Below, piece after piece: positions 27,979 to 37,216 of a DNA stretch of 46,584 nt. Numbering within the stretch: the first letter of the stretch is position 1; every line of letters starts with the position of its first letter. The translations under genes and the position numbers were made by a program. The notes below the pieces were generated by a model. It saw nothing but the letters and a program-made list of their open reading frames with translations. It was not told the origin of the DNA and ran no database searches. The DNA is from a virus (taxonomy: Duplodnaviria > Caudoviricetes), in the IMG/VR virus record IMGVR_UViG_3300012940_000038, positions 1-46,584 of that record. The stretch is one strand, 5' to 3'.

Positions 27979-29463
27979 TTACTTCCGTTTGCGATCGAGG
28001 AAGTGGACCGGCGGGGTCCGCTTTCGATCATCGTGTCCTTTGTAGTCTTTCAGGCCATCAGGATTGTTGGGGCCGAAGTCTCCCCTGTTCCATCCGACCT
28101 TAGCGTCGTATGGGATTTTCATTGTGCGGCCGTTTTTGAGGGGGATTTCTTCTGTGAGTTGTGCTTGGAGTTTGGGGACGATTTCGTCTTCGAGTTCTTC
28201 GGGGTACATGAAGGTCAGGGCGTCGTGGTCTTGCAGCATGATAAGAGCGGTGCGCTCTCGCCAGATACGAAGCATGGCACGGTTGACGATATCCGCAAGG
28301 CTGCTTTGTGGATCGTAGGCGATCGCCTCGCGGAGGGTGGCCTCGTCATTCCGACGGCCCCAGAACTGGCGCTTTCTTCCCATAAGGGAGACTAAGGTTC
28401 CAACTCGCCGGAGTTGGTTATCCACCCATTCATGCCAGCCCATATGAGCCGGAAAGGCTCGGAAGTATTTGGGCTGGAAGTCTTCAACTACGGCGACTGG
28501 AAGTTTGGTCTGTGAGGATAGAGTTCCAGGTTTACCACCATAGTTAGAGCCGTGTCCGAGCTTCTTACACATGAAACGGTAAGAATAGTGTCGGTAGTAA
28601 GGTTGCTCTGCGATATCTTTATCCCGCTTGAGATCATTTGTCCAGGGCAGATTTGGCCAGCATATTTTTGCAACTGCTGTATGAACGTCTCCGGAGTCAA
28701 CGGCGTCGAGGTACTTTCCGTCTCCGAAGAGATTCCATTCGATGGCTCCGACGATGTAGGACTCTCCGGACTTGGCGTCGAACTTGGCGAACTTGTAACC
28801 GGGATCAGATATAAAGATTGACCGGAGTGACTCCTCAACATTTTGAAGATTCCCACCTGTTCCAAATTCAGAAAAGGAAGAAGAGAACCTCCCTGTAGAT
28901 GTACCAGCGATGTTGTATGAAGTTCGTATCCGTCCATCTGAATCAATCCCTGTCTTGAGGACCCCGATCTTCTTACCGAGGTCGCGCATGGCGATGATGT
29001 GGCGAACGATCTGCCTTGCGATAAGATAGTTCTCCATCTTCTCTAAGGCGTCACGGTTTACGGTAGGCTTGCCGCCCTTGAGAATTGGCGTGATCTTAAG
29101 GCGATCGTAGAACAGAACCTGGAGGTCGGTATTAGACCGCCAGTTGAACCCGGCCATTCCAACGCCTTCGAGAACGATGCGTTCCAGTTGGCTCTCGAGG
29201 AGTTCGATCTTTTCGTAGAACTCGTCAATGACTTCCGCCTTGCGGGCATGGTCAATGAGGATACCACGTAGGCCCATTTCTAGAACAGGGCCTTGAAGGG
29301 CGCGGGAGAAGTCATAAGTCGGGCCGGTGTAGCCATCGATTTGGTTGCGGATGTCGTTGAATATCTCAAGCGTGACACAGCAATCCAGGCCGTTGTAAAC
29401 CCACTCACGATCCATTTCGGACACGGAGTCGGGGCGCTCAAGGTGGGTACGGATGATTTTCAC
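27979..29463 (-). CDS. polA: family A DNA polymerase, polymerase subunit (carries only ExoIII)
   Basis: TSTGRFSS, NLQNV, motif A (FDAKSGESY), motif B (RFMCKKLGHGSNYG) and motif C (LQDHDAL). GTG start at 29463 overlaps the upstream stop. Confidence 0.92.
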   Translation of the reverse strand: MKIIRTHLERPDSVSEMDREWVYNGLDCCVTLEIFNDIRNQIDGYTGPTYDFSRALQGPVLEMGLRGILIDHARKAEVIDEFYEKIELLESQLERIVLEGVGMAGFNWRSNTDLQVLFYDRLKITPILKGGKPTVNRDALEKMENYLIARQIVRHIIAMRDLGKKIGVLKTGIDSDGRIRTSYNIAGTSTGRFSSSFSEFGTGGNLQNVEESLRSIFISDPGYKFAKFDAKSGESYIVGAIEWNLFGDGKYLDAVDSGDVHTAVAKICWPNLPWTNDLKRDKDIAEQPYYRHYSYRFMCKKLGHGSNYGGKPGTLSSQTKLPVAVVEDFQPKYFRAFPAHMGWHEWVDNQLRRVGTLVSLMGRKRQFWGRRNDEATLREAIAYDPQSSLADIVNRAMLRIWRERTALIMLQDHDALTFMYPEELEDEIVPKLQAQLTEEIPLKNGRTMKIPYDAKVGWNRGDFGPNNPDGLKDYKGHDDRKRTPPVHFLDRKRK

Positions 29464-29828
29464 TGATAGACATCCTTGACACACCGGAATGAAGCCCTCA
29501 TATTGGTGACTTCAGGGGTGCAATACAGCCTGTTGATCTTTCCGCAGGAAGGACACTTCCACTGACCTTCGCCCCTCTTCCAGTAATCCCCGTCGGTGCA
29601 GCCACTGGGGCTGACGTACCAATGAGTTTGGATGTACTCCAGAGTGTTGATGGGGAACCATTTGTTACAACCCTTACCGGTTGCCGTTTGATCCACACAC
29701 TGTACGAGGGTTTCGCCGGTCGCTTTCTTGGCTGCCTCTTCATGCCTCTTGATAATCTCTTCGGCAGCCTTAACTTCCTTAAGAGTGGGTCCTTTTACCT
29801 TGGCACGCTTAAACGGAATGCTGTTCAT
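29460..29828 (-). CDS. Cys-rich putative zinc-binding protein between the polymerase halves
   Basis: C-x9-C and WKCPSCG. Coupled on both sides by ATGA/GTGA overlaps. Confidence 0.7.
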   Translation of the reverse strand: MNSIPFKRAKVKGPTLKEVKAAEEIIKRHEEAAKKATGETLVQCVDQTATGKGCNKWFPINTLEYIQTHWYVSPSGCTDGDYWKRGEGQWKCPSCGKINRLYCTPEVTNMRASFRCVKDVYQ

Positions 29829-30931
29829 TCGTCCCTCTTAATCGTTTTCGTCCCACGGCGTTCAGTCTTCCAGGCGCTTTCGTCGGAGTAGATCGAACCC
29901 AAGTAGCCGAGGCCCTTCAAACTTTCTGGTTGAAGCGCGTGGTGTAGAAGCATGGTGTCTTCGGCTGCTCCACGAACTCCAATTCCGACAGAGCGCATGA
30001 GGAAGGCGATGTCATAGAGTCCGTTTTGGAAGAGCTTAGGGATTTCTCGATCGACAAGAACTCGTCTAATAACTTTCCAAACACTGAGTTCAGTTTGGTG
30101 ATCTCTCCAGTAACTTCCATCTTTTGCTCGAGAGTCATAGAAAGGTATAACGAGCGCATTTTGTGGGGATGGCGAGAAACCGATGCATGTAATCTGGTTG
30201 CCAGCCGTTTCAATGTCAACAGAAAGAAGGCAATCTCGACTGATGTATTTGGCACAGAATTCCTCCACATCCTCTAGGGTTGGCTCGATCCAAATCTCAC
30301 GTTCGGGTCGGCGGATTTCAGGGAAGTGACACTCACGGCTGGCCTTAACGAAGTCGGCTACCGTGGTCGGACGAAGTTCCCATTGGCGAAGGACGGCAGC
30401 CGGGTGGTATGTTGGAAGAACCTTAAATCCAGCAGCACAATGAGTGGATAGCCGGGTAGTTCCTCGAACGCGAGATATTCCCGTGGCCCCGCAGAGCGCC
30501 CATAGAGCGGCGTTGCCCATGGCGATAACCAAGTTCGGGTCCACTTCGATGAGTTCGTCACCAAGCCTGTCGAGTTCTGGGGCGTATTCTTCTTGGACAT
30601 ATCCAGGTCCTTTGGTGGAAAGCTTTGGGTACCCAGGAAGGGCGGTTCCCTTCGGCCCGCAAAAGGCTTCGATCCTGTTCCCTTGTGGATGGCGATTGAA
30701 GACGTTGGTCCGGTAGAATTCAGGGTGAAGGCGCCAGACCATTTCGATTTGGTTCGGGTCGGACGTTGACCAGAACCGGGAGATATAGCTTTGGTCTTCG
30801 GAGGTTAGAGTGAGGAGACCGGAGTCGTTAAGCATTCGCAGAAGTTCGATGCCACTGGCGCCAACGAATGAGGATTTGATACGTTCTTCGTTGGCACCAA
30901 GGGCTTCGCCGAGGAGGACGATTGGTTTCAT
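29825..30931 (-). CDS. uracil-DNA glycosylase (family 4-like) fused to partial 3'-5' exonuclease
   Basis: UDG motifs LLGEALGANE..FVGASG and PTYHPAAVLR. Exonuclease motifs SVDIET (ExoI), FQNGLYDI (ExoII) and EDTMLLHH. Confidence 0.85.
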   Translation of the reverse strand: MKPIVLLGEALGANEERIKSSFVGASGIELLRMLNDSGLLTLTSEDQSYISRFWSTSDPNQIEMVWRLHPEFYRTNVFNRHPQGNRIEAFCGPKGTALPGYPKLSTKGPGYVQEEYAPELDRLGDELIEVDPNLVIAMGNAALWALCGATGISRVRGTTRLSTHCAAGFKVLPTYHPAAVLRQWELRPTTVADFVKASRECHFPEIRRPEREIWIEPTLEDVEEFCAKYISRDCLLSVDIETAGNQITCIGFSPSPQNALVIPFYDSRAKDGSYWRDHQTELSVWKVIRRVLVDREIPKLFQNGLYDIAFLMRSVGIGVRGAAEDTMLLHHALQPESLKGLGYLGSIYSDESAWKTERRGTKTIKRDE

Positions 30932-31101
30932 GGGACCTCTAATGCATCAATAGCATTAAATAGTGCGATGTCCAATTCCGCGTTATTGTGGAATACTTCC
31001 ACGCTAAGGGTCTCACTTTTACCTGAATCATTCAGACCCATTTCAGTTATTCGAATGTCGCCATCTGGTTCTTTGGTTATTACGATCTGCAACAGCTTCA
31101 T
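30928..31101 (-). CDS. hypothetical protein (57 aa)
   Basis: GGAGG RBS before ATG at 31101. ATGA overlap with the UDG-exonuclease gene. Confidence 0.6.
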   Translation of the reverse strand: MKLLQIVITKEPDGDIRITEMGLNDSGKSETLSVEVFHNNAELDIALFNAIDALEVP

Positions 31102-31114
31102 TCTTTCCTCCAGG

Positions 31115-31150
31115 TAAAAGAAGCCTCCCCGGACCGAAGCCCGGGGAGGT
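31115..31150 (-). terminator. Rho-independent terminator
   Basis: CCTCCCCGG-GCTTCGGT-CCGGGGAGG followed by CTTCTTTT on the - strand. Confidence 0.8.
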
Positions 31151-31159
31151 ACGCGGGAC

Positions 31160-31633
31160 TTACTCGGCGGCCGAGGTACCACCGATCGTGGCGAACACTG
31201 ACGTACCGTCCTGCGACGGCTCGTGCTTGATATAGATGTTCACCGAACGGCCGGTCGAGGTCTCGATCATTTCGCGCAGAGACTGATCGCTGCTGTCCAC
31301 GTCGAAGCCGCAGTCACGCAGGAACTCCTTGAGGCGCCAAGCGGAGTTCTCAGTGAGGTAGAACGTGTTGCGCATGACGATGTCCTGCAGAGACTTCGTG
31401 GTGCCATCCGGCATCGTGAGGACCGTCTCAAGTTCCTCCTGGTCCACGTCGTCACCGGCCGAAATGATCTTGTGGGTGAACTCGACGAAGGGCGTCTGCT
31501 TCTTCGCGGACTTATCCTGGCGGGGCATGCCCTGGAGGACAGTCAGGTAGGTGCCGGTCGGAAGCGGTTTCGGCTTGTCGATCTCAGCCGGGGCGCGATC
31601 AAGGATGTCGGAGAAGTTGGTCTGGGTGTTCAT
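31160..31633 (-). CDS. DUF669-like single-stranded DNA-binding protein
   Basis: KPLPTGTY, FYLTENSAWRLKEFL and IKHE. Next to the Sak4-like ATPase, with strong codon bias. Confidence 0.65.
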   Translation of the reverse strand: MNTQTNFSDILDRAPAEIDKPKPLPTGTYLTVLQGMPRQDKSAKKQTPFVEFTHKIISAGDDVDQEELETVLTMPDGTTKSLQDIVMRNTFYLTENSAWRLKEFLRDCGFDVDSSDQSLREMIETSTGRSVNIYIKHEPSQDGTSVFATIGGTSAAE

Positions 31634-31636
31634 GTG

Positions 31637-32461
31637 TTAAGCTCGTTTGAGTTGCGTGTTGGGTTTGATTTCAGTCTGCTTGAGGGCCTTGAACAGGTCC
31701 GCAAGACCGGTTTCTACCGGAAGCGAGTCCGGGATATGTGACGGTGTCGCGAGGTCAATGGTTGTGTCTGATTTTAGCTGGAGGCTCCTCTTGTTGTTGA
31801 CGTTCTTGTAGCGGATGTAAGTCGGGAAGTACTGCGGGATTTTGGGCGACAGCTTCTGACCTACACCCTGAGGGAAAATCTTACGTGTCCCGTCGGGCAT
31901 GTCCATGTAGGTTCCATGGGCAATAACGATTACATTAGTATTAAACGCCGCAGATGTCAATCCTGCTAGGACAGATTCCACAGCGTCCTGAGCCGAGCCA
32001 TAGATGGCACGTCCATCGGCCTTTGGGCCGGCCATTGCGGCGCACCAGTCGTAAGCGGCATCGCACAGGCGAGAGAGGGAGTCGATGACGACAACGGAGT
32101 CCTCGCCCCATTCGGAGGGTTTGCCGAGATCGATCTCCTCGCCTTCGTCTTTGTACTTCCAGCGATCGAGCATCTTGATGGCGTCGGTGAATGCCTTCGG
32201 CGCCCCGTCAATGATCGGTCCGCCGTCGGTCATCTTCCGCTTATCCCGAAGGGTGCGGGCATCGACGCTGTCGATCTTGTCCGGACAGACCTCACGGATT
32301 TTGGCGACGAGATTGTCCAAGAGGTTGTCCATGTCAAGGATGCGGAGCTTGTACCCAGCGTCAACGAGTGAGACAAGGGACGTGGTCTTGCCGACCTTGG
32401 CATCGCCGAGGGCGAGGAGCTTGATGATGGATGTGGATCGGTGCTTGGAAAGGGATGGCAT
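31637..32461 (-). CDS. AAA_24 / Sak4-like ATPase
   Basis: GDAKVGKTT, VVIDSLS and NVIVIAH. Confidence 0.8.
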   Translation of the reverse strand: MPSLSKHRSTSIIKLLALGDAKVGKTTSLVSLVDAGYKLRILDMDNLLDNLVAKIREVCPDKIDSVDARTLRDKRKMTDGGPIIDGAPKAFTDAIKMLDRWKYKDEGEEIDLGKPSEWGEDSVVVIDSLSRLCDAAYDWCAAMAGPKADGRAIYGSAQDAVESVLAGLTSAAFNTNVIVIAHGTYMDMPDGTRKIFPQGVGQKLSPKIPQYFPTYIRYKNVNNKRSLQLKSDTTIDLATPSHIPDSLPVETGLADLFKALKQTEIKPNTQLKRA

Positions 32462-32616
32462 TAGGCATCCTTAGGCATGAGTAGTTCATCAATCATAGCT
32501 TTGTAGGCCATGACCAGATCATAACTATCCAATTGATAGTCAACCTCTCGCAAGGCTCTGTCGATCATGGCTTGAGTAGGTTCGCGAATACTCTTAAGCA
32601 ATTCTTCACGGGTCAT
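32461..32616 (-). CDS. hypothetical protein (51 aa, MTREELLKSIREPTQAMID...)
   Basis: Not in the track. Fills the gap, with overlaps at both ends. Confidence 0.6.
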   Translation of the reverse strand: MTREELLKSIREPTQAMIDRALREVDYQLDSYDLVMAYKAMIDELLMPKDA

Positions 32617-32858
32617 GTTGCGCCGTCCTTCTCGAAGGTTATCTTGACCTGATCACCAACGTTGAACTCTGGCTTCTCTGCGCCTACGTAGATCGCTTCG
32701 AACGACCCGCCCAGGTAGAGGAACCAACCAAGGGAGCGTTGGCGGAAGACTGCCTCCTTGCCAACGCCAACAATCCACTCTTGCGTAAAGCGTTCGTCGA
32801 CTCCACGAACAACTGAATGAGTGACGTATCTCACCCGCGGCTTTTCAGAGGTAGACAT
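32613..32858 (-). CDS. hypothetical protein
   Basis: ORF in the operon. Confidence 0.6.
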   Translation of the reverse strand: MSTSEKPRVRYVTHSVVRGVDERFTQEWIVGVGKEAVFRQRSLGWFLYLGGSFEAIYVGAEKPEFNVGDQVKITFEKDGAT

Positions 32859-33193
32859 TTTATATTCCTATAATGACTGATGGGCTTGCATTTTCCGTGT
32901 GGAGGCTGCCAAATTCCATTTTCAATCTGATCGAATAAGTTATCTTGATAGGTACCTGTTATTAGATGATCAGGATTTACACAAAGCTTTTCATTACATG
33001 TATGCCTCACAACATGGTTTGGGTGTATTTCACCCTTTACTTGTGTGTACACATATCTGTGTACAAGCCAATAAACAGGGCCGCGTTTTAATTTTCCATA
33101 TCCGCTGTTTACTGTTGCTCCTGTCCACATCCAACATCCATTGTCCAAGATTTTAACACGAGTTTTCAACCACGTGAGCGTAAAGGGTTCCAC
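32831..33193 (-). CDS. HNH endonuclease
   Basis: GCWMWTGA...GYG...VHRYVY...VRHTCNEKLCVNPDHL...N. AT-rich relative to its flanks. Confidence 0.88.
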   Translation of the reverse strand: MEPFTLTWLKTRVKILDNGCWMWTGATVNSGYGKLKRGPVYWLVHRYVYTQVKGEIHPNHVVRHTCNEKLCVNPDHLITGTYQDNLFDQIENGIWQPPHGKCKPISHYRNIKCLPLKSRG

Positions 33194-34161
33194 TTTTCCT
33201 CCGGAGGCAGTTTGATGAACTTAGAGCGAAGCAGATTGTCGCGGACCTGCGGAGATCGCGAGCAGACTTCCCGGAAACGGCAGCCACCGAACTTGTCGCA
33301 GGCGGTGTCGTTCATGGGGAAGTAGTTGTCGATGGCATAGCGTTCCTGGAGGCTGAGCCAATACCGAAGGTCGGCAAGCCATTCCTCAAGTTGATCTGGC
33401 GTACGGAAGGTTATTCCGCGAACGAAGTTGTTGGGCTTCTCGAGCAGGACCTGAGCAGCGTCGATGATGACCCCGCGGACCGGCGCATCGAGGATGATCT
33501 TGGCGGCCAGGGAATAGAGGGTCATCTGGTTGTGTGGCTGGTATTGGTCGAAATAGTAAGAGCCCGGTGTTGTGGTCGTGGTCTTGCGATCCATGACGTA
33601 GAGGTCATCGTCAAGGGAGACCACACGGTCGAGGTGGCCGCAGAGAAGGTAGGGTTGGGGCGTTAGTCCTGGCTCTGGAAGAATCTCAAACCCCTGAGAA
33701 AATCCTGCACTCGGCCCCCAATCAAGCTCGAACCGGAAGCTAAGTTCGACGGCTGGGGCGCCATCATCCTTGATGTACGTCTGGGCCTTGTCTTGAATGT
33801 AGTGATCCAGGTAGTCGATGACCAGCGCCAGGAGTGTTCGGCGGTTCTTGTACTTCCCGGCCTTGGTGGTTGTGTCAACCTCCCATCCATAGGTACGGAC
33901 TAGGAGTTCGTAGACGACTTCACGAATGGCATCCAGCCGCTCTGTACCTGCCGCGATCTTGCGGTCGTAGTCTTCCAGGGCTTTGTGGAACTCAATACCG
34001 AACCGAAGGTGGACCGACTCGTCAGACGAAGACCAACCCTCGATCATGATGTACTGATAGAGGCGTGGGCATGTCTTGATGTATCCAAGGGACGTCGAGT
34101 CCCAGGCGAACTGGATGTTGGTGCCGGGGATGAATGGGGATGGGGCGTGAGTGTCGGTCAT
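33166..34161 (-). CDS. PD-(D/E)XK Cas4/RecB-like exonuclease
   Basis: KTCPRLY, FGIEFH, GHLDRV...VMDRKTT, QMTLY and terminal C..FGGC.FREVC. Confidence 0.85.
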   Translation of the reverse strand: MTDTHAPSPFIPGTNIQFAWDSTSLGYIKTCPRLYQYIMIEGWSSSDESVHLRFGIEFHKALEDYDRKIAAGTERLDAIREVVYELLVRTYGWEVDTTTKAGKYKNRRTLLALVIDYLDHYIQDKAQTYIKDDGAPAVELSFRFELDWGPSAGFSQGFEILPEPGLTPQPYLLCGHLDRVVSLDDDLYVMDRKTTTTTPGSYYFDQYQPHNQMTLYSLAAKIILDAPVRGVIIDAAQVLLEKPNNFVRGITFRTPDQLEEWLADLRYWLSLQERYAIDNYFPMNDTACDKFGGCRFREVCSRSPQVRDNLLRSKFIKLPPEEKWNPLRSRG

Positions 34162-34397
34162 CGCCGGAAGCTCCCTGAGGTTGTTGGCGCGGCCTTGGGC
34201 TTCGAGTTCATCAACTCCTCGAGGTTAATCTTCGGCTTGGCCTCGGTCATTGCGGCGCCACGCTTGGGCTTGCTGGGTGCCTCAATCAGATTGGCCCGGC
34301 GGTTCCGGTGATAGGCAATGATGGCGTCGAGTGCTCCGTCGATCTTGGAGAGTTCGAGCGGATCAAGGTCCATCAGAATGTCGATGTCATTGGCCAT
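34158..34397 (-). CDS. hypothetical protein
   Basis: Coupled ORF. Confidence 0.65.
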   Translation of the reverse strand: MANDIDILMDLDPLELSKIDGALDAIIAYHRNRRANLIEAPSKPKRGAAMTEAKPKINLEELMNSKPKAAPTTSGSFRR

Positions 34398-34581
34398 CGT
34401 TGTCCCTCATCATTTGTTCCAGGGTCTTCTTGTGCTTCTTATATTCCTTGCAGTCATCACGGACCATTCGGCGAAGGTGTTCGGTCCAACCGTGGCCGTA
34501 ACGCTGACGCATTAGTTCGACGTCGGACTTAAAGAGCACAGCGGTTACGCGAACTGTGGGTTCGGGGAGTGGGGCGGTCAT
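34387..34581 (-). CDS. hypothetical protein (possible ribbon-helix-helix)
   Basis: Beta strand (VRVTAVL) followed by two helices. Coupled. Confidence 0.55.
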   Translation of the reverse strand: MTAPLPEPTVRVTAVLFKSDVELMRQRYGHGWTEHLRRMVRDDCKEYKKHKKTLEQMMRDNDGQ

Positions 34582-34808
34582 GTGAAGTCACTCATGTCTG
34601 TTGCCTTACGCACGATCCAGAGTTCGTTCGGAGCATCGCCAGGACGTGCGATCATAAAGGCGTCAAGGGACTGATCGCCAGATTTCTTACGGGCCTCATA
34701 CAAGACGTTTTCAATCTGGCGCTTGTCCTTGGGATCAAGTTCGAGAATGACACCGATCTCTTCCTTCTTGGCTCGGTGCCAAATCGCGAGAGCGGTTTCG
34801 TAGTTCAT
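34578..34808 (-). CDS. hypothetical protein
   Basis: Coupled ORF. Confidence 0.65.
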   Translation of the reverse strand: MNYETALAIWHRAKKEEIGVILELDPKDKRQIENVLYEARKKSGDQSLDAFMIARPGDAPNELWIVRKATDMSDFT

Positions 34809-35104
34809 AGCTCAGCAACCTTCTCCTCCTGAGCGGCCTCTTGCTCCTTGGGCCGGTAAGCAGTTGTCAGGTACGTCTCCGCCTCATAGCACGTAACTTC
34901 TGCCTCGTACTCCCAAGGAGATTCGTCCTGCATTTCAGTGGCACCACGAGAGTAGAATGTGATCCACAGTTTGCCTTCATGATTGAAGACGAGTTCGTAT
35001 TGGAGGGACCAACGAGTAGAACTGATGATTTTGTTGGACACTATGTCTTTGGAATCGTATAAAAGGTCCAACATCCACTTTCTTGGTTGTATCATTTTTA
35101 TCAT
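34805..35104 (-). CDS. hypothetical protein
   Basis: Coupled ORF with SRGATEMQDESPWEY. Confidence 0.65.
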   Translation of the reverse strand: MIKMIQPRKWMLDLLYDSKDIVSNKIISSTRWSLQYELVFNHEGKLWITFYSRGATEMQDESPWEYEAEVTCYEAETYLTTAYRPKEQEAAQEEKVAEL

Positions 35105-35565
35105 CGCCGAAAGCCCTTAGGTTGGCCTGGAAAAATTTCTTCTTCCTCAACTTTCATATCGTTGAAAGCATCCAGCATATCGTCCTCGGACGGAGGCGCT
35201 GCCGGCGGCTTTGTGGGGAGGGTTTGCAAAGAAAGTTCGAGCTTCTCGCCAGTGGATAGGGATTCAATCTTCCCAGGAATGACGGCGGTCTGTTCAATGT
35301 ACAGCCACCACTCACCTTCGATCCGCCGAGGTTCGCGGATGGTGAGCCGGTCGTATGCCGAGGCATTGTGGAGAGGGCTTTCCTTTGGATAGGACTCAGC
35401 ATTTTGCCGGCGGTCAATGACCCTGGCCTGATGACAGCGCATCCGGAAATGGGTGGCGCTCTTTTGATCTTCGAACCGAATACGCGCACCAGCCGGGTCG
35501 TCAAGGGCGGCCTGCAGTACCTGGATGCAGTCCTCATAAGAAAGTGGGGAGTTAGAGAGTGCCAT
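35101..35565 (-). CDS. hypothetical protein
   Basis: 154 aa coupled ORF. Confidence 0.65.
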   Translation of the reverse strand: MALSNSPLSYEDCIQVLQAALDDPAGARIRFEDQKSATHFRMRCHQARVIDRRQNAESYPKESPLHNASAYDRLTIREPRRIEGEWWLYIEQTAVIPGKIESLSTGEKLELSLQTLPTKPPAAPPSEDDMLDAFNDMKVEEEEIFPGQPKGFRR

Positions 35566-35770
35566 GTTTTGGTTCCAGTTGTTTGGTCGGGCAGCGGTTA
35601 CATGCCCAGGCGTAATGAGGTGCGATGTTGATGTAGTCTATTCGTCGCCAACCATGTTGGTAGAGAATACTGCGGAGGGTATTCGGGCGCTTGGCTTTGA
35701 TCTTGCTATGCGTTCCGCAGACATCACAGACACCTTCGTATACACCTGTAGACAGTAACTCTATGCCCAC
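35552..35770 (-). CDS. small zinc-finger protein
   Basis: CDVC...CNRC. Confidence 0.6.
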   Translation of the reverse strand: MGIELLSTGVYEGVCDVCGTHSKIKAKRPNTLRSILYQHGWRRIDYINIAPHYAWACNRCPTKQLEPKHGTL

Positions 35771-37206
35771 CTAATGTTCTCCGACTCGATGTAGTACAGT
35801 CGCTCCTGTGCCCGAGTCTCGATAACGTATTGAAGGTTCATATCCTGTTCGTTATCGCGACACAGTTGCGGATCAAGGAAGTAAACGGTCGGGAATTCAA
35901 GGCCCTTGGCCTTATGCCCGGTCATCAGTTTGATTGAACCCTGCTGAGCGAACAGGTGTTCGGCGTATTGGATAGCTTGGCCCAAGCTTGAGCCGTGATG
36001 GGCAAAGACCCGCATACAGGCGGCGAGATCGTGGGCCGTGGTAGAACCACGATCGACCTTCTGTGCCTCCCAATCGGTGATAGCGGAGAGGACTGACTTT
36101 TGGTCCATGGACATGTCACCAAGGCGCTTCATTTGCCCGATGAGCTTGGGGCCAATGTCAGACCCAGCAACAGAAACACTACGCCCGCTGCTAAGTAGCT
36201 GCATTGCGCATCGGAAAAGAGGGGCGTTATTGCGGCAAATAATAGTAGCGTCAGGCCTAATAGCAGTGCTATCCAACTCCTTAAGGACTTCCACATGGCC
36301 GCCTTCCTTCATCCATTTGAAATGCGGCACCCGCCATCGAGCGTTTTCGACGATGGCCCTGGGGCACCGGAAGCTGACGGACAAGTCCAGTTCCTTCATG
36401 CCGAACCGCTTGACCGCCTCTGCCATGCCGCCTTGCTTAGCTCCCCGAAAACCGTAAATGTTTTGCCATGGATCACCAACGCCAATGATCCGATGACGGA
36501 CGAGCTTGTCGAGCAGCGCATGGTTGACGGGATTAAGGTCTTGGTATTCATCGACCGCGACAAGGGGAAATTGTGGGTATGTTCCTCCAAACAGTGCGGG
36601 CATGTATACTTGATCGTTAAAGTCAATTGATCCTTTGTACGCCGCTTGGATGGACCGGAAGAGGACGAGGTCGATAAGATCGGCGGTGAGATCGTCCGGC
36701 GCTTCGTCGAGGGTTGCGGCAAGATCAGATGCTGTTGCGAGGCGCCGAGCGTTAGGGAATTTTCCGTCAGGGACATAGCCAATGGCTTTAGCAGATGCGA
36801 CTCCGGCGAGGACGTTCCAGTAGACTTCCCACATTGCGTCTCGCGCTTGCTTGTCCTTCGTTTCATCGATGATCCCCTTGAAGATGTCGTTGCACTTCTT
36901 GGAATTCAGCGTAAGGTTCTCACGCGTTGAGGAGGCCCAGATACGGTGGCCCAGGGAGTTGAAGGTACGCACGGACGTTGTGGATTGCATGCGACTGTCG
37001 GCGTTGGTCGCACGGGCTTTGTATTCGATATCGCTGACGATCTTCTTGTTGAAGGCGAGGTAGAGGATCGGCTTGGTCTTGACGGCGCGTTCAATTAGGC
37101 GCAGCGTGGTGGATTTGCCACAACCGGCGAGAGCGTTGAGCATAAGGTTTTGGTCTGTACCCTGGGCGTGGGACAGGATGATTTGCTGTTCATCGGTTGG
37201 GTTCAT
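35761..37206 (-). CDS. UvrD/Rep-like superfamily 1 helicase
   Basis: ALAGCGKST, YLAFN, VDEYQD, VGDPWQNIYGFRGA, SFRCP, TGHKAKGLEF and YVIETRA. Confidence 0.92.
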   Translation of the reverse strand: MNPTDEQQIILSHAQGTDQNLMLNALAGCGKSTTLRLIERAVKTKPILYLAFNKKIVSDIEYKARATNADSRMQSTTSVRTFNSLGHRIWASSTRENLTLNSKKCNDIFKGIIDETKDKQARDAMWEVYWNVLAGVASAKAIGYVPDGKFPNARRLATASDLAATLDEAPDDLTADLIDLVLFRSIQAAYKGSIDFNDQVYMPALFGGTYPQFPLVAVDEYQDLNPVNHALLDKLVRHRIIGVGDPWQNIYGFRGAKQGGMAEAVKRFGMKELDLSVSFRCPRAIVENARWRVPHFKWMKEGGHVEVLKELDSTAIRPDATIICRNNAPLFRCAMQLLSSGRSVSVAGSDIGPKLIGQMKRLGDMSMDQKSVLSAITDWEAQKVDRGSTTAHDLAACMRVFAHHGSSLGQAIQYAEHLFAQQGSIKLMTGHKAKGLEFPTVYFLDPQLCRDNEQDMNLQYVIETRAQERLYYIESENIRWA

Positions 37207-37216
37207 TGGGCGCGTC

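Noticed and set aside
29460-29828. Self-splicing intron or intein in the polymerase
   Set aside because: The spacer is fully occupied by one coupled ORF, with no room for a ribozyme core and no intein terminal motifs. Not excluded experimentally.
33166-34161. CRISPR-Cas system, suggested by the Cas4-like nuclease
   Set aside because: No repeat-spacer array or other cas genes. Stand-alone Cas4-like nucleases are common in phage replication modules.
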